NCBI GenBank assembly: GCA_047967505.1
Contig: CM106538.1
Source of the DNA: Dipteris shenzhenensis
Lineage: Eukaryota
Length of the DNA: 64,000 nucleotides
Direction: 5' to 3' (one strand)
Shown here in pieces: positions 12,240 to 25,539 of this stretch. The translations under genes and the position numbers were made by a program. Numbering within the stretch: the first letter of the stretch is position 1; each line of letters starts with the position of its first letter. Below the pieces are notes generated by a model. It searched no databases, was not told the origin of the DNA, and was given only the letters and a program-made list of their open reading frames with translations.

Positions 12240-13614
12240 CTTTTCTATGAAAAAGACTTCTATTAAGGATGAAAAATACCCGCTTGAGCAAGCTCAAAGC
12301 GGAAATACATCATGCTGTGCATGAGGAACCCCCCCTAAAACAGAAAACTCAAAATGAGCTGGAAAGAAACCAAGGTTGAGGCTGAAAGTGCCACCTCAAC
12401 CCTGCTGTAGTCTCTAAGAAAAAGGGGGAACCCCTCCATTCCCTAAGCAATATAACCCTCCTGGCTGAGGCTGCCCGGGAAGAACCCTGCCTGCTCGCCC
12501 AATTGGCCATCATAGTGTGAACGGTATCATCCCAAATACTCGCCAGGGTATGCGAGGGATGGACCTAAGATCCATCTAAGGCCTCTATGCATCTGGCCCT
12601 CCAAATCTGCCAAGCAGTGGTGCTAGCCAATATCTCCTAAGCGGTATTCCCATGAGCATGTACTGGCTTTAATAGGAGATAGGCCATCCTCTAGAGAGCA
12701 AGCCTCGACTAAGTGATGTCGAATCGATATGGCCCAAGAAGCATTCTGCCACTTATAGAAGATCTGAGTCCTTGACAGGGAGAGCCAAGCCACTAATCCC
12801 CACGTCATGAAGAAAGGACAATCAAAAGTATTGCGCACCTTGGTAATTCTCATCCAAATGGCTCTCGCATGCCTGCAGTCCCATAGACAATGATGAATCC
12901 ACTCATTAACAGAAAAGCACCTAGGACAAGTGGGGTTTGCCCATGAATAGAAAGCTAAAAAAATAGAGTGACCTTTCTATTTCTTGGAAAAATCTCCAAA
13001 GCCTCTGCCAGAAGACCCTCTGTAAATTAGCGGAAACCTGATAACTCTCCCAATGAGGGGTCTTGGAAGGTCTCCAACCTCTACAGCAGATCTGGAATTT
13101 CTTGGTGTTACCGACCTTGTAATCAAAAAAAGGAAGGCTCTTCTCTTGTTCTTGCAACAATCCATTCCCACTCTCCAGGGTCCCACTGAAGAAACTTTAT
13201 GGGGACTCCTCCAAAGAGCCACAACCTCCAAGAACCCGAAAGAGAAAGATGAGGACTCAGATCAATATGCCATGCAGAGTCCTTGCCCTAATCCAAAAAG
13301 CCTATGATCCAGACACGCTAAAAAGGCATGCCCAAAAGAATATCCTCTGAAGAAATAACTAGACTGCCATCTGCCTGTACATCAAAGACCAAGGCATCCT
13401 CGTGTGCTCCCAAAAAGCCATAACCTGAAGAGGAATGCTTGTCCTCGAGAAAGATTCCATCCACACGGAGCAAACAACGGGCCTATCATCTGTATCCACC
13501 CAATCAAGGGGAAGGGCTGCATCAATATGAAGTATCCTCCTTGCATGTTACGCTCTAGTTGAGGTGGCATGACCTCGGAAGAATCAATCGACATTTCCCT
13601 TAAGGATCTACGTT
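12240..13614 (-). mobile_element. Third, 5'-truncated copy of the L1 family at 1617-8058
   Basis: FFMTWGLVAWLSL and QRVFWQRLW. The reverse complement of the ttaatagaagtcttttt 3' end is at about 12250-12266. Confidence 0.85.
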
Positions 13615-14004
13615 TGTAATATATTTGTTTGCACTTCATGTAAATGATCGGGATGGAATTAATGTCAAGGTTCTAGGTGAGGGTTGATAGCACCAGACTA
13701 GGTGGATCTAAGGCTAAGGGCCTAATGCAAGCAATGTGCCTAGGGGCAAAGGAAATTAAACTATCCCAAGAGAGGGGTGAAAAGATGCATTAGGAAAGGC
13801 CCTATGATGATGACATGTGGCATCTAGATCCATCTAGGGAGATGGGGCTTATTGGAGTTAGTGAGAGAAAGAGAATGGACCTTCATGTGATTTTGGATTT
13901 TCGATTTCTTTGTGAGCTCTCACGCTCTAGCAAGGATTTGGCTGGGAGGATATTCTGTGGTGCTACTCCCGTGATTTGTTGTAGTAAGTAGGAAGTTCGT
14001 TTCA
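13615..14004 (+). repeat. 5' LTR (TG..CA, about 390 bp)
   Basis: Starts TGTAAT where the L1 fragment breaks off, and ends TTTCA 2 nt before the PBS. Confidence 0.7.
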
Positions 14005-14006
14005 TT

Positions 14007-14018
14007 TGGTATCAGAGC
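14007..14018 (+). promoter_or_regulatory. Primer-binding site (tRNA-iMet)
   Basis: TGGTATCAGAGC. Confidence 0.9.
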
Positions 14019-15267
14019 AAAGGATGGAACGATCCTGCGTTGTGTGTCAAGAAGTGACGAGGTGGGATTTCTGGTTTTGACAAGGAAGTGTAGGTAGATT
14101 CCGGTGGTCGTCATCGCGGTTGATCGAAGATTCGCATATCGTTGCAATTGCATGATTCGATGCAGGTTCAAGGGTCAAGCTACCTGGGGTTCTTCGAGTG
14201 CAGAGCACGAGCCTTGCCATTCACACGATATAGTAGTTTCTCCAACTTCGATTCACAGAATCATAGCAATAGCTTGCTATCCAGACTCAACGCTCGCTAA
14301 CTTCGATCGTGAGTTAGAGTTTGTTGACAGCAGGGGAGTAACGGCGACTCGGGGGCTGACGAATACACACAGGGATTCACCGACCAACCATAGACACGAC
14401 AGGAGTGAGTGGACCAGGGAGGCGGAACGCACTTGTGAGCGGAAGCGTGATAGAGATACGTATCGAGGGAGCCCTTTGATACTGGGATTTCAAGGTGCAG
14501 CATGGCGTGACGCATGGTGGAGTGCTACTCGACGAGCAGCTGGCCACAAATTCAGGACTTGGACAGCGAAGGTGCAATTGAACGCACTTCCCTATATCGT
14601 GCACACAGTGGGATTGCATATACAGTGCGGGAGACTGTTGGTTGGATTTGCATGGATCGAAGAGGGAAGCGATTCTGAAGGCTGTGACGAAATCGTTGAC
14701 CAGGGGGCTTCTCAAAATCTCTTTCCCTTTTTATTTTAACTCCTTTCTTGAATTAGAGTTTCGTGAGGTTTTCATTGATCGTGAGCTTGTAAAAAGGTTA
14801 AATGCCATAGCAGGTGGTGGATACCAAGGCAGGGTATGATGCAGGAATTTTCCTAGTACAGGGAAATTGGTTTGGGGTATATTGTGATATATGCTTGTGT
14901 CAAATGCCTAGTTATTGTGAATCTGGGATTGCAGGTATTCCCTAGAATAGGGAATTGTGTCAGAGTGCCAGTATACTGAATTTAGCAGTTTGTAAATACA
15001 GTTTGTAAATACAGTATTCTAGCGATGTTTTAAAAAAACAAAGAACAAAAAACAAAACACCCATTAACCTGAATGGAAGCAGAAGAAGGAGCTTCCAGGA
15101 TAGACTCTGTAGAGTCAGGAGTCCGGCCGACCCAGCAGGTGTCGCACCCAGTAGTTCACACCTTATTTGGCAGGATTGCATTACTTGAGGATGCCCTGCA
15201 GCAGTTATTAGCGCAACAGTTACAGGCAAATGTAGGGTAGTCTGAACATAGAAGAGTGATACACAGT

Positions 15268-16787
15268 ATGTCTGCTAGACCTTCTCGAGATGAGAAAGGA
15301 AAGGCTCCAATGGAACCAGAGTCTAGTGTCCATACGGTCGAGCCTAGGAAGGCTAAAGTACCTAATATTGCCAATTATAGGCCAAAAAAGTATTCTGGTC
15401 GGATGAATGACCGTAGTTCTGATGTCATTGAGACCTGATTACACAAAAGGAACGAGGCGTTCACCATTTGTGAAATCAGAAATGATATCAAGAAAATCCA
15501 CGAGGCCACCCACATGTTTAGCGAGGCAGCGGATCGGTGGTGGATTAAACAACAGAAAGATGGTATTGCATCCACCACCTGGGAGGGGTTTAAAAGGGAA
15601 TTTAGGAAACACTTCTTACCTCCTGACGAAGCATCCCGAGCTTGGGATCAGTATAGAAACCTTCGTCAGAGAAATTTGTCAGTGGTAGAATACACTGATA
15701 AGTTTCGAGAGCATAATGAAGGTTGATGAACCCCTATCTCAATCAATCCAAGTGAAAGATTTCATATTTGGATGGAATGATCGGATTAAAATGGAAGTTC
15801 GGGCTAAGTATGCGAACACGTTGGATGATGCAATAGCCATAGCCTTGAATTATGAAGATGCCAAGGGCAGCAGGCCAAGTGGTATTGTGTGTCTTACGAG
15901 GTGAGAAAGATGTACCTCAAGGACCGTTGGTTTCCGCGATGGAAATCCGAAAAGCTCAAGAAGAGTTTTTATTCCTTTGTACGGCATCGGTAATGCCGGT
16001 TGATGATTCTTCGGCTAGCACTGATATTGTTCAAAGTGGTGAGATGGCCAAGCTGACTAATCTTATAGCAAAGGAGTTCTCTGACTGCTTTAGGGATGAG
16101 CTACCTTATGGGTTACCTCCAGAGTGGAATGTTCAGCATAAGATCGAACTAATCTCGGGGGCAGAACCTGTAAATAGACCTCCCTATCGAATGAGTTTTA
16201 CCGAAGAAGCGGAGGTGCGAAGGCAACTGGAAGAATACCTCAAGTTGGGGCAGATTCAACCAAGTTTCTCACCTTTTGCTTTGCCAATGATATTAAAGAA
16301 GAAAAAGGATGATACGTTTCGCCTTTGTATAGATTACAGAGCATTAAATAATATCACTGTTAAGCACAGGTATCCGATGGCTCGGATTGATGATTTGCTA
16401 GATGCATTACATGGAGTCGTGATTTTCAACAAGATAGATATTAAGTGTGGCTACCATCAGATCTGGATTAGAGCCGAGGATGTGCATAAAACCGCTTTCA
16501 CAAGCAGGTTTGGTCATTATGAGTTTTTGGTAATGCCCTTCGGACTTACCAATGCTCCAACTACATTCGTCATGCTTATGAACGATTTACTGCGTCCGTA
16601 TATCGGAAAGTTTGTAGTACATTTTATTAACGATATCCTAGTGTTTAGTAAAAGTATTACTGAGCATCGTGAACACTTAAGAATAGTGTTCAGTACTTTG
16701 AGGAAAGCGAGTCTTTATGTAAATAAAAAGAAAACTATACTGTGTATGGTTAGGCTTGAATATTTAGGATTCATAGGAATAGGATGA
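15268..16787 (+). pseudogene. gag and RT remnants
   Basis: AADRWW..TTWEGFKREFRKHFLP (retrotransposon gag); RLCIDYRALN, GHYEFLVMPFGLTNAP. The catalytic motif is degraded to FIND. Confidence 0.88.
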
Positions 16788-17199
16788 GCAACCCCATAAT
16801 GGGCAGAATCAATATCTACAACACTCATGTACCTAAATCTTTGATATGCAAATCTATCTTTTTTCAAGCATTGGAATTTGTAACTAGCCTACATGTGCCT
16901 TAACTTTTTCCCGTGGAAAATATTCATGAATATTTAATTGATCTTACTTGGTAAAGTCTTTTTCTCAATGCCTTGTAAATGAGTATGCATCCTTATGTGA
17001 ATTTTCTCATTAAAGTGTCTTTAGCATACATTTCATTGGCATTTTAATAGCTTTATTCTTAATTTTTGAAAATTTTGATAGCTTTACTTGTGTCCCTTGT
17101 TGATCTAGTTCATTGGTTAAAATTTGTGCATTTGAGGATCTTTAGGGAAACACATCTTTTCCATAACACTTCTAGCATTAAATACATTAAAAGATATTC

Positions 17200-17745
17200 A
17201 CATTATTTTTATGTGGATTGCAGATGGAGTGGCTCTACTTGGAAGCAAAAGTTGAAAAAGAGAATCTTCAAAAAAAGTTCAAAGATTTAATTCATAAATA
17301 ATTCTCTCTCTGAGAGAGAGGATCTCTAGCCTCTTAAGGTATTTCCCTCCACCATATTTCTTTTCCTTATCTAATTATTAGCTTTTGGTTTTAAAAGCTA
17401 GTTGCAGATTTGAGGTCTGATTGCTAGATTGTACCTTGGTAGTGAGATCTACATTATAAACCATGGGCAAGTATTTTGATTCAATGCCTTCATCTTATCA
17501 ATTTGGGAAGTTGAAGAGGCATATTGTGCCCTCTATTCAAATAATATCATAGAAACAAAAGTATGGAGCTTTCTCCTTATTGTTAGTTCATTAGTATGAC
17601 AGATTCAATAAGGATCTTTTTAAAAGGATCCCTTTCTTATTGTTGTTTAAACCACATTAAATATTAAATGAGTTTCCTTTGGAAGAAACCCTTCCTTCAT
17701 ATGGCTAACATGTCTTTAGTTGATAGGATCAATTTAGTTTTAATT
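17200..17745 (+). mobile_element. Highly degenerate L1 RT fragment
   Basis: QMEWLYLEAKVEK (compare DRVEW.FL) and MSLVDRINLV (compare LSLAGRI.LV). Confidence 0.3.
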
Positions 17746-18352
17746 TTTTTAGTTTGAAGGATACAAAATTTGAAATTTCTCTCATTCACCTTTCACCTTG
17801 CATCAATCAAGCTATGCCTTTCTTCCTCCTCTCCTCTTTCTCTATCATCTTTTTTTAATTTATATGTATTCAATTGGTGTCTAACTTTCTTATTCAATAA
17901 GATTACCATCAATATTTGTCGATCCTTACAAACAAGATTGTAAATATTGCTTCAATATTGATAAAATTGTAAGTTATACTTTTTGTGATTTCTAATTTTT
18001 TGTTGCTTTGAATATTTACATCCAAGTTAAGTATCAAATCAATCAACTCTAAGCTACTTCATTTTGGGCTCCTCTTTGTTTACATCAAAATATCAGATGT
18101 TTCATGCATGTTCCCTTCATTTTCTCTAAATTAGCTCTTTAGGACTAAGGCTTCGCATTTGAATTGATCAACGAGGTTTCATGTTAAGCTCAGTGGTTGA
18201 TGAATTGTATTGCCTCTAATGGATGTGAATTGCATAATTTTTTTAGTATCTTTTAAGAACATATCATATAATGGTCGGGATTATTTATTTAAATAGAGAA
18301 ATATAATGTATATGATATACATTTGAACAAAGAGTACATCAATTGATCATTG

Positions 18353-20692
18353 ACTTGCGAAAGCCAAATACTAACAAACTAGAGAAAATTTATGTAGTCC
18401 ATGTAGCCGAGGGTGAATGATTAGGGCACCACCACCAACCTAGAGAGGGTGAGACACCTCTTAGAGGTTTATTTCAGTGCTTTGGGAGCCAAGGTCAACT
18501 GGTATAAATTGGTAGTTTTCCTCATAGCATTAGAGAAAGTGCTTCCAAGGGGGTTGCAATCTTGACTTCAATTGGATACCCTGAGGTTAGACTGTGCATT
18601 ACTTGGACTGGTAGGTGCATCTGGATATTCCAGCAGATATGCAAATAGCCTCAGTATAAGAGAGCATGGAAGGAAGCTTCTTCACAGAAGCTCAGCTAGG
18701 CTTTCCCTTATAGGTAGAGCAATTGTTGTGAGCCAGATTCTTTTGGCCACAACAAGGTACATCCCATTGAGCTGGTACTTCCACAGAGGTTGTATGGACA
18801 GATCAGGAGGTTAGTCCAGAACTTTCTTTGGGGCAGGTTTAGATGGCCCACACACAACCAAAGCAAGGATTTCTTAACAGATTGTAGCATTCCCCCAAGC
18901 AGAGGGAGGGTTGAGTGTTATTGATGTAAGACGCTTGTGTGTGTGTGCAACACCTAGCTGCTAGCCTTCATGTTAATTTTAAAAAATCTCCCTTGTTTCC
19001 TTTGCATTCTAAAGATTACCATAGTCTAGTCTGGACGGGGGAAATTGACTCGCCCAATCAATTGATATGCCATCTTGGTTATCCTCTAGGTTGGTCAATT
19101 ACTCATTGTCAACAAATTGATTGGGTTCTTGTCAAATTAATGAAAAAGTTGGAATATTGGAAGTTAGTGACTTGGCCTTTGCATATCCAGCCCATAAATG
19201 TTCAATCTATTTTAGTGGCCTACATTCAATTTTACCTACCATTGAATTTTTACCAAAGGATATATTACATCCTTTATATCCGCCATCATGGAAACTCGTT
19301 TGAAGCATGGTAGGAAAAGTTTGCGCTTGCTTCCAATACAGTGGTTATGTTCACCAAAATTGCATGGGGGGTTGAATATTCTCAACATTCACGTGCACAT
19401 TCTGGCTCATAAAGGGAAAATGATGCTATAATTTCTACATGGTGATCATCCTTGGGCTGCAATGATGCACTTTTTACTCCAACTTTTTTCTCCTACATTT
19501 GGCTATTGGCAACCCTCTCAGTGGGATTTTCTATTTGGTAATATTGAAAGCAAGGTCAAAGGTTGCCCTATTGTTACTCAAATGTTTTTGGATTGGAAAC
19601 ATAATCTCACATTTGGCTTGGCATGGCCGGGATTGCTTCTAGGGTAAATCTTTGAGAGCTAGAAGCATCCGCTGGTCAAGAAGTTTTTCCCAGCCATTGG
19701 CTTTACCAGAGCCTAGACGCTCGTATTTTCTTAATTCAAAAGGAATTTCCTTTGTGGCAGATGTCATTCATGAAGATGGCACTCTTTTATTCTTCCCTTT
19801 GGCTACTGGAAAATATGGTTTGGGAATGCATTATCGCCCTCTATGGTAGATCATTACTCGGATGCTTCAGACATTTCAGCCAGTACCCCCTTTGGAAGTT
19901 CAAGATAGCCTTTAGGATTGGACTCTTCTTCTAGTACACACGTCCATTTGTCCTTTGAAGCTGTCTCATATAACACTCTCATCTTTATATAAAGTTATGT
20001 TGTCTCCACCTCGGGCATCGGATAGGGCTAATCAAATTTGGCATTTGCATCAAATGGTGAAGAAAAAGATTGAAACAAATTTGGCACTCCAAGGTCCCTC
20101 TATGACAACAGGTCTTTCTATGCCGTGTTTTGTTGGGAGTTTCCATCTGGATAGCTTTTATCACGTAGACATATTGCTCTAGCTATTTGTCATAGATGTT
20201 TAGCTCCAAGGGAATCTCCATGTCTCGGGGCACTACCCCGGCCCCCGAGACATGGAGATTCTTGGGCATCCTTCAGCAGAGTTTTCCTCAGGCTTCTTTT
20301 GGCAAGCTTTTTTGGCTATTTGGGATCTATCCTCGACGGCCAGATTTGAGTTGTTATTTACCTAGTTTCGCTCTACTGGGCACTCTGGAAAGATAGAAAT
20401 CACAGAGTCTTTGGTGATAAAGTTTTTTCTACTTTTGTTTTCTTCCGTTGTTCTTTGCAGCAATCGCTCTTCAATTGTCTGCAAACTCACTACATAGATC
20501 ATGATGTATATTTATCCTACACGGAGATTTTCTCTTGGTGTAATCTTTTGGCTTACCAGTTTTTCTATGATAGCTATCTTGTAATATAAAGTCTTCAAAG
20601 TTTTCACTTTTTTTTAAAAAAATAATGTATATATTTTCTAATGAATATTACCTTCTTACAAAAAAAAGAGCACACGCGCGTGTGGGGGGGGG

Positions 20693-20742
<50 letters not shown>

Positions 20743-21019
20743 GTGTGTGTGAGGCATATGTGGATGATTCCTTTTTCTTGTCCCAGAACACTAAAAGGGA
20801 TCTTTCATGCCTCATGCATGCTTTATCTTTATAAGGTTTGGTTGCATGTATGCATGTAAATTTTCAAAAATCTAAAACTTTTGCCTCTCCATGATAAATC
20901 TTGGCATCATATATTATGGCCGGGGGGCATTGTTTTACCCACGCAGCTTGTCAAGCATCTTGGTTACCTTTGGGGTGGAGGGTCACTCGCTATTAGCAAA
21001 AGGAATGGGTTCTTGACAT
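18353..21019 (+). repeat. Copy 1 of a 2.7 kb duplicated block (three LINE fragments plus (GT)n)
   Basis: Colinear with 44481-47214, including all internal junctions. Confidence 0.9.
18948..20667 (+). mobile_element. 5'-truncated L1-like LINE with poly(A), flanked by (GT)n tracts
   Basis: HLGYPLG, CSPKLHGGLNI motifs; poly(A) at 20660-20667; (TG)6 at 18936-18947 and (GT)n at 20695-20751. Confidence 0.75.
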
Positions 21020-21720
21020 GCTCAAGAAGAAGCTGGACTATTGGAAACTAGAAACATGGATGTCAGATACTGCATTGTTCAATCCATTCTGGTTTCCTAT
21101 ATCCAATTTTATTTGCCTATGATGCTATTTACTATGTAGGACATATCCTATCTTATATCGTGACTATCATGGAGCTCTTTTGGTGCTCACACGCTTTTGC
21201 CCAGAAATCCCTTTGGTTGCTTTCAATGGATCACCTTCACATGCCTAGAATGCATGGGGGACTAAATAGTTTAAATATTCACATGCATATTCTCGTCCAC
21301 ATGGGGAAACTGATGCTGCACTTCATGTAGGGTCATAAACCATGGATTTTCATGATGAGCCATTTGATTTTACACTTTTCTTCTCTAGCTTTTGGTCACA
21401 GGCACCCCTGCTTATTGGGACTTTGTTTTAGGTCATAGTGATGGTAGAATAAAGCGATCCCCTTTTTTCTTTCATCTGATTGTTGCTGATTGGAAGAACA
21501 TACTTACCCATCTTAAATGGAAAGCAGGGACACTCTTGTAAGGGACTCCCTGCATCCTGAGAGTCTTCATTGGTCAAAGGCTTTGACACCTCCTTTGTCT
21601 TTATAGGAATCTCACCACTCTTACTTTCTTTTGTCCAAAGGGATTTGCCATGTGGATGATGTGCTTGATGGCTCGAACATATCTTCAAAGGTTTGTATGT
21701 GGTGACCTGAAGCTTGCGGA
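20752..21720 (+). mobile_element. Related LINE fragment starting at the RT YxDD motif
   Basis: EAYVDDSFFL directly after (GT)n, then HLGYLW and MPRMHGGLNSL. The right boundary is approximate. Confidence 0.65.
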
Positions 21721-21739
21721 CACGTAGATATGGGCACAT

Positions 21740-24700
21740 AATCTACAAAAACTAGGGACCAGTGTTGAGGTCAAAGACTATCTCGGATCACAGCCTCTGA
21801 GTGGGAGTGTCTTGCAACAAAATGATAGGCATTCAAAAAATGTGCATGGTGGCTCTAACTGCTGGATCTAGGACAGTTGCAAAAGCTGCATTAAACAACT
21901 CCATTTGTGCCACTAGTGCATAGGAGGTGCCTACTGTTGGAAAGTTGAGCCTTGGAAAATTCTATAGAATGTTTGGGTCTGAGGCCTTCATTGCTTCAAA
22001 ATCTTTATAGGAGCACCGTCTTCTTAGAGACAAGTATGTAGGGTCCACTCGATGGTCAACTCCCATTCAACAGTACATTTGCCAAAATGCCTCGATTTTT
22101 AAAAAGGGAATTTGCCATTGTGGTTGTCGCCCTATGTCCACATCTGTTGTTGACACTTTATTTGGATTCAGGGTTTTGTAGCCGCTGTGGGTTTGCCTCC
22201 GATTGTCTCTCCACCAATTTTGCGAAAACGTTTCTGCATCTCCGTAAGGGCATGAACTTCCATGATAACCTTGCAGCTTAGGTGGAAGCTTTGGAGTTTG
22301 CCTGCCACTTGTTAACCTCTTAAACATCGCCGATCACTCGAAAGGATGTGATTGCTTGATACCATGTGTCATGGTCGGGCAGGGGCTCCTGTGGTGACTG
22401 GCTCTCTTCGTCTTCGTGCGGATTCTCAATGACTTCTTTATGATCTTCCTCCTCGTAAGGACCCTCGATGTCCAAGAAGAGTATGGGATTAAGAATGTTG
22501 TATCATGCGGTATTACCCATATCTTTCAGATCCTTCGTGCCAATAGACTCTGTATGCATCATGTTGTGTCTTTGGGTGGTAGTATTGTGTGGTGGGATGG
22601 TGTGTTGTGAAGGACCAAATGCAAAATGGTAGTGGGGGTGGGGTTAATAGAAGAGTCGATGCCTTGATTGGTGGGAGAGGGAGGGGATGGATGGGATTAA
22701 GTATGCCCCACGTTGTATCGGTATCTACTTCTCATAGACCTATGGGGTTTGCCACATGAGAATCATCAAACTGGCTAAAGCTAGTTTGAATCATATTCTG
22801 AAAGGCTTCATGAATATTTCTATATAGGACAATAATACCCACAGGGTGATAGAGCTGACTATTATTTAGAGTAAGATGCTGTAAAATATACTCAGCGTCA
22901 TGCCAACCATATGATTGAATCCACCCTAGACCGTCAAGGACTGTGGGTTGCAAGCCATGTCCTGCAAAGCATTGGGTTTTAGGAGCTCTCGCATAAGCAT
23001 ATCATTTGAAAGAAGGGAAGAATCTTGGAGGACTCGAATCCATGCCATAAAGTAACATGATGTCCTCGTGAAAATTGGGTGGTAATTGAGGGTCAAAATT
23101 TAAGAATCATCTTGGAGGACGATGTCCTCATGAAAATAAGCCATGGTTGTAATAGAATAGGCTTGGATTTTAGTACGACAGAGTAGGAAGTTGAAGGAAG
23201 CACAAGATAGAGGTTGTGCAAATTTGAGATTGTGCTATGTGGCAACGAGAGAGATGGTGTGGAAGTAGTAGTTGAATTTGTCTTCAATTGTGTGTGGGGT
23301 GAAGGCGAGTGAAGTTGCATGGGTAGATGCATACAAGGTTCTTTCGTGGAGCTCGTCGGGGTTCTATTAAAGGAGGTGGAGGCATTTGCTCCTCTTGCAA
23401 CTGTTCCTAGAGCTGGATGTTTTGTTCATGCTGTCGGTGGCAGAGAAGGGATTGCAAGTCCTCTATTTGGGTGGCCTAGACCGTCAAGGACTGTGGGTTG
23501 CAAGCCATGTCCTGCAAGGCATTGGGTTTTAGGAGCTCTCGCATAAGCATATCATTTGAAAGAAGGGAAGAATCTTGGAGGACTCGAATCCATGCCATAA
23601 AGTAAGATGATGTCCTCGTGAAAATTGGGTGGTAATTGAGGGTCAAAATTTAAGAATCATCTTGGAGGACAATGTCCTCGTGAAAATAAGCCATGGTTGT
23701 AATAGGATAGGCTTGGATTTTAGTACGACAGAGTAGGAAGTTGAAGGAAGCACAAGATAGAGGTTGTGCAAATTTGAGATTGTGCTATGTGGCAACGAGA
23801 GAGATGGTGTGGAAGTAGTAGTTGAATTTGTCTTCAATTGTGTGTGGGGTGAAGGCGAGTGAAGTTGCATGGGTAGATGCATACAAGGTTCTTTCATGGA
23901 GCTCATCGGGGTTCTATTAAAGGAGGTGGAGGCATTTGCTCCTCTTGCAACTGTTCCTAGAGCTGGATGTTTTGTTCATGCTGTCGGTGGCAGAGAAGGG
24001 ATTGCAAGTCCTCTATTTGGGTGGCCTAGACCGTCAAGGACTGTGGGTTGCAAGCCATGTCCTGCAAGGCATTGGGTTTTAGGAGCTCTCGCATAAGCAT
24101 ATCATTTGAAAGAAGGGAAGAATCTTGGAGGACTAGAATCCATGCCATAAAGTAAGATGATGTCCTCGTGAAAATTGGGTGGTAATTGAGGGTCAAAATT
24201 TAAGAATCATCTTGGAGGACGATGTCCTCGTGAAAATAAGCCATGGTTGTAATAGGATAGGCTTGGATTTTAGTACAACAGAGTAGGAAGTTGAAGGAAG
24301 CACAAGATAGAGGTTGTGCAAATTTGAGATTGTGCTATGTGGCAACGAGAGAGATGGTGTGGAAGTAGTAGTTGAATTTGTCTTCAATTGTGTGTGGGGT
24401 GAAGGCGAGTGAAGTTGCATGGGTAGATGCATACAAGGTTCTTTCGTGGAGCTCGTCGGGGTTCTATTAAAGGAGGTGGAGGCATTTGCTCCTCTTGCAA
24501 CTGTTCCTAGAGCTGGATGTTTTGTTCATGCTGTCGGTGGCAGAGAAGGGATTGCAAGTCCTCTATTTGGGTGGCCTAGTAAGCCAGTTGATTCTCCAAG
24601 TCTATACTATGAGCCTGTACTACCTCGTGCTGCTAACGATGGAGGGCAGCCCGGCATTGGAATGCTTCATACTCTGTTGTCATGGCCTCTACCCTGGATT

Positions 24701-24780
24701 TTCTTCTGCTCTCTCTTGGGGTTTAACATCTTGAAGTACGAGAATGGTCTCTAATTGGTATTTCCATGTGCCATAATTGG
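21740..24780 (-). pseudogene. Decayed long ORF, distant homologue of the Athila-like accessory ORF at 54832-58263
   Basis: A coiled-coil segment, then RQPQWQIPFLKIEAFWQMYC*MGVDHRVDPTYLSLRRR, which aligns with the 55.2-55.4 kb peptide. Confidence 0.5.
22925..24579. repeat. Tandem triplication of a 550 bp unit
   Basis: Units start at 22925, 23475 and 24025. CCTAG microhomology at all junctions. Nine variant sites counted by eye. Confidence 0.97.
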
Positions 24781-25539
24781 AGTTGTCTGACTTAGCATAT
24801 GCTTCCAAATTGAGGTTGCTAGTGGTAGACATGATGCAAGAAATGTGTGAAAAACAGTGTCTGAATCAATTGCAATCTGAACTGTCAATGAAGACAGAAC
24901 TGCAGTATATATCAATCTATTACAAGGCTCATGGGGTAGAAGATGCCACGAATAACCAAGAGGCTTTACAAGGCTCAAATGATGTGCACAATGCCAAGAA
25001 AATCACCAATAGGCCTTATAGTGAAGACAAGTGAGTGCAAAATGAAATTATGTGTAATTTTCCCACTGAACAATCTACTAATACTCTAGAATATTCTTAC
25101 TGATGTGTAGGTAGTCAGGTTTCAGGATATGTAATGATGTAAAATCGCATGTGAGCATACAGACTGACTCCGAGTAGGAACTAGTTGGGAATTTTGGGCA
25201 TGGCTTCTATTAGCTGCTTTGGACTTGTCTACTCTATGGATGAACTACAATCCTCTGATCTAGAGCTAGACCAACCATCGATCAAAGAGAAGAAATAAAT
25301 AATTTCTTTCTCTTTTGTTCCTTTTAGGTGCTTGGTCAGATGCATCGATGTAGAGGCTAAAATGTCTGCAAGAAGTGGATTTGATGCCGAGGCTAAAAAG
25401 TGTATGATACAAGCATCAAAATGTGTGTGTGATGTTGCGATGCATAGAGCATTAAAAATTGATCGATTTCTCTTTTTGGAGCACCCTCAAATTCTTCCTG
25501 GATCAAGAGATACAGCTTGATCAAGGTGGAGGGGGCAAA

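Larger units (their letters stand above)
13615..16790 (+). mobile_element. Truncated, internally deleted Ty3/gypsy (chromovirus-like)
   Basis: LTR, PBS, gag and RT are present. No protease, RNase H, integrase or 3' LTR was seen. Confidence 0.85.

Noticed and set aside
22354-22364. PBS-like TGGTATCAAGC on the minus strand
   Set aside because: It lies inside the decayed ORF (codons W-Y-Q-A), is one base short of the PBS, and has no adjacent LTR.
22925-24579. Repeat arrays as CRISPR-like loci
   Set aside because: Eukaryotic context, no unique spacers and no cas genes.
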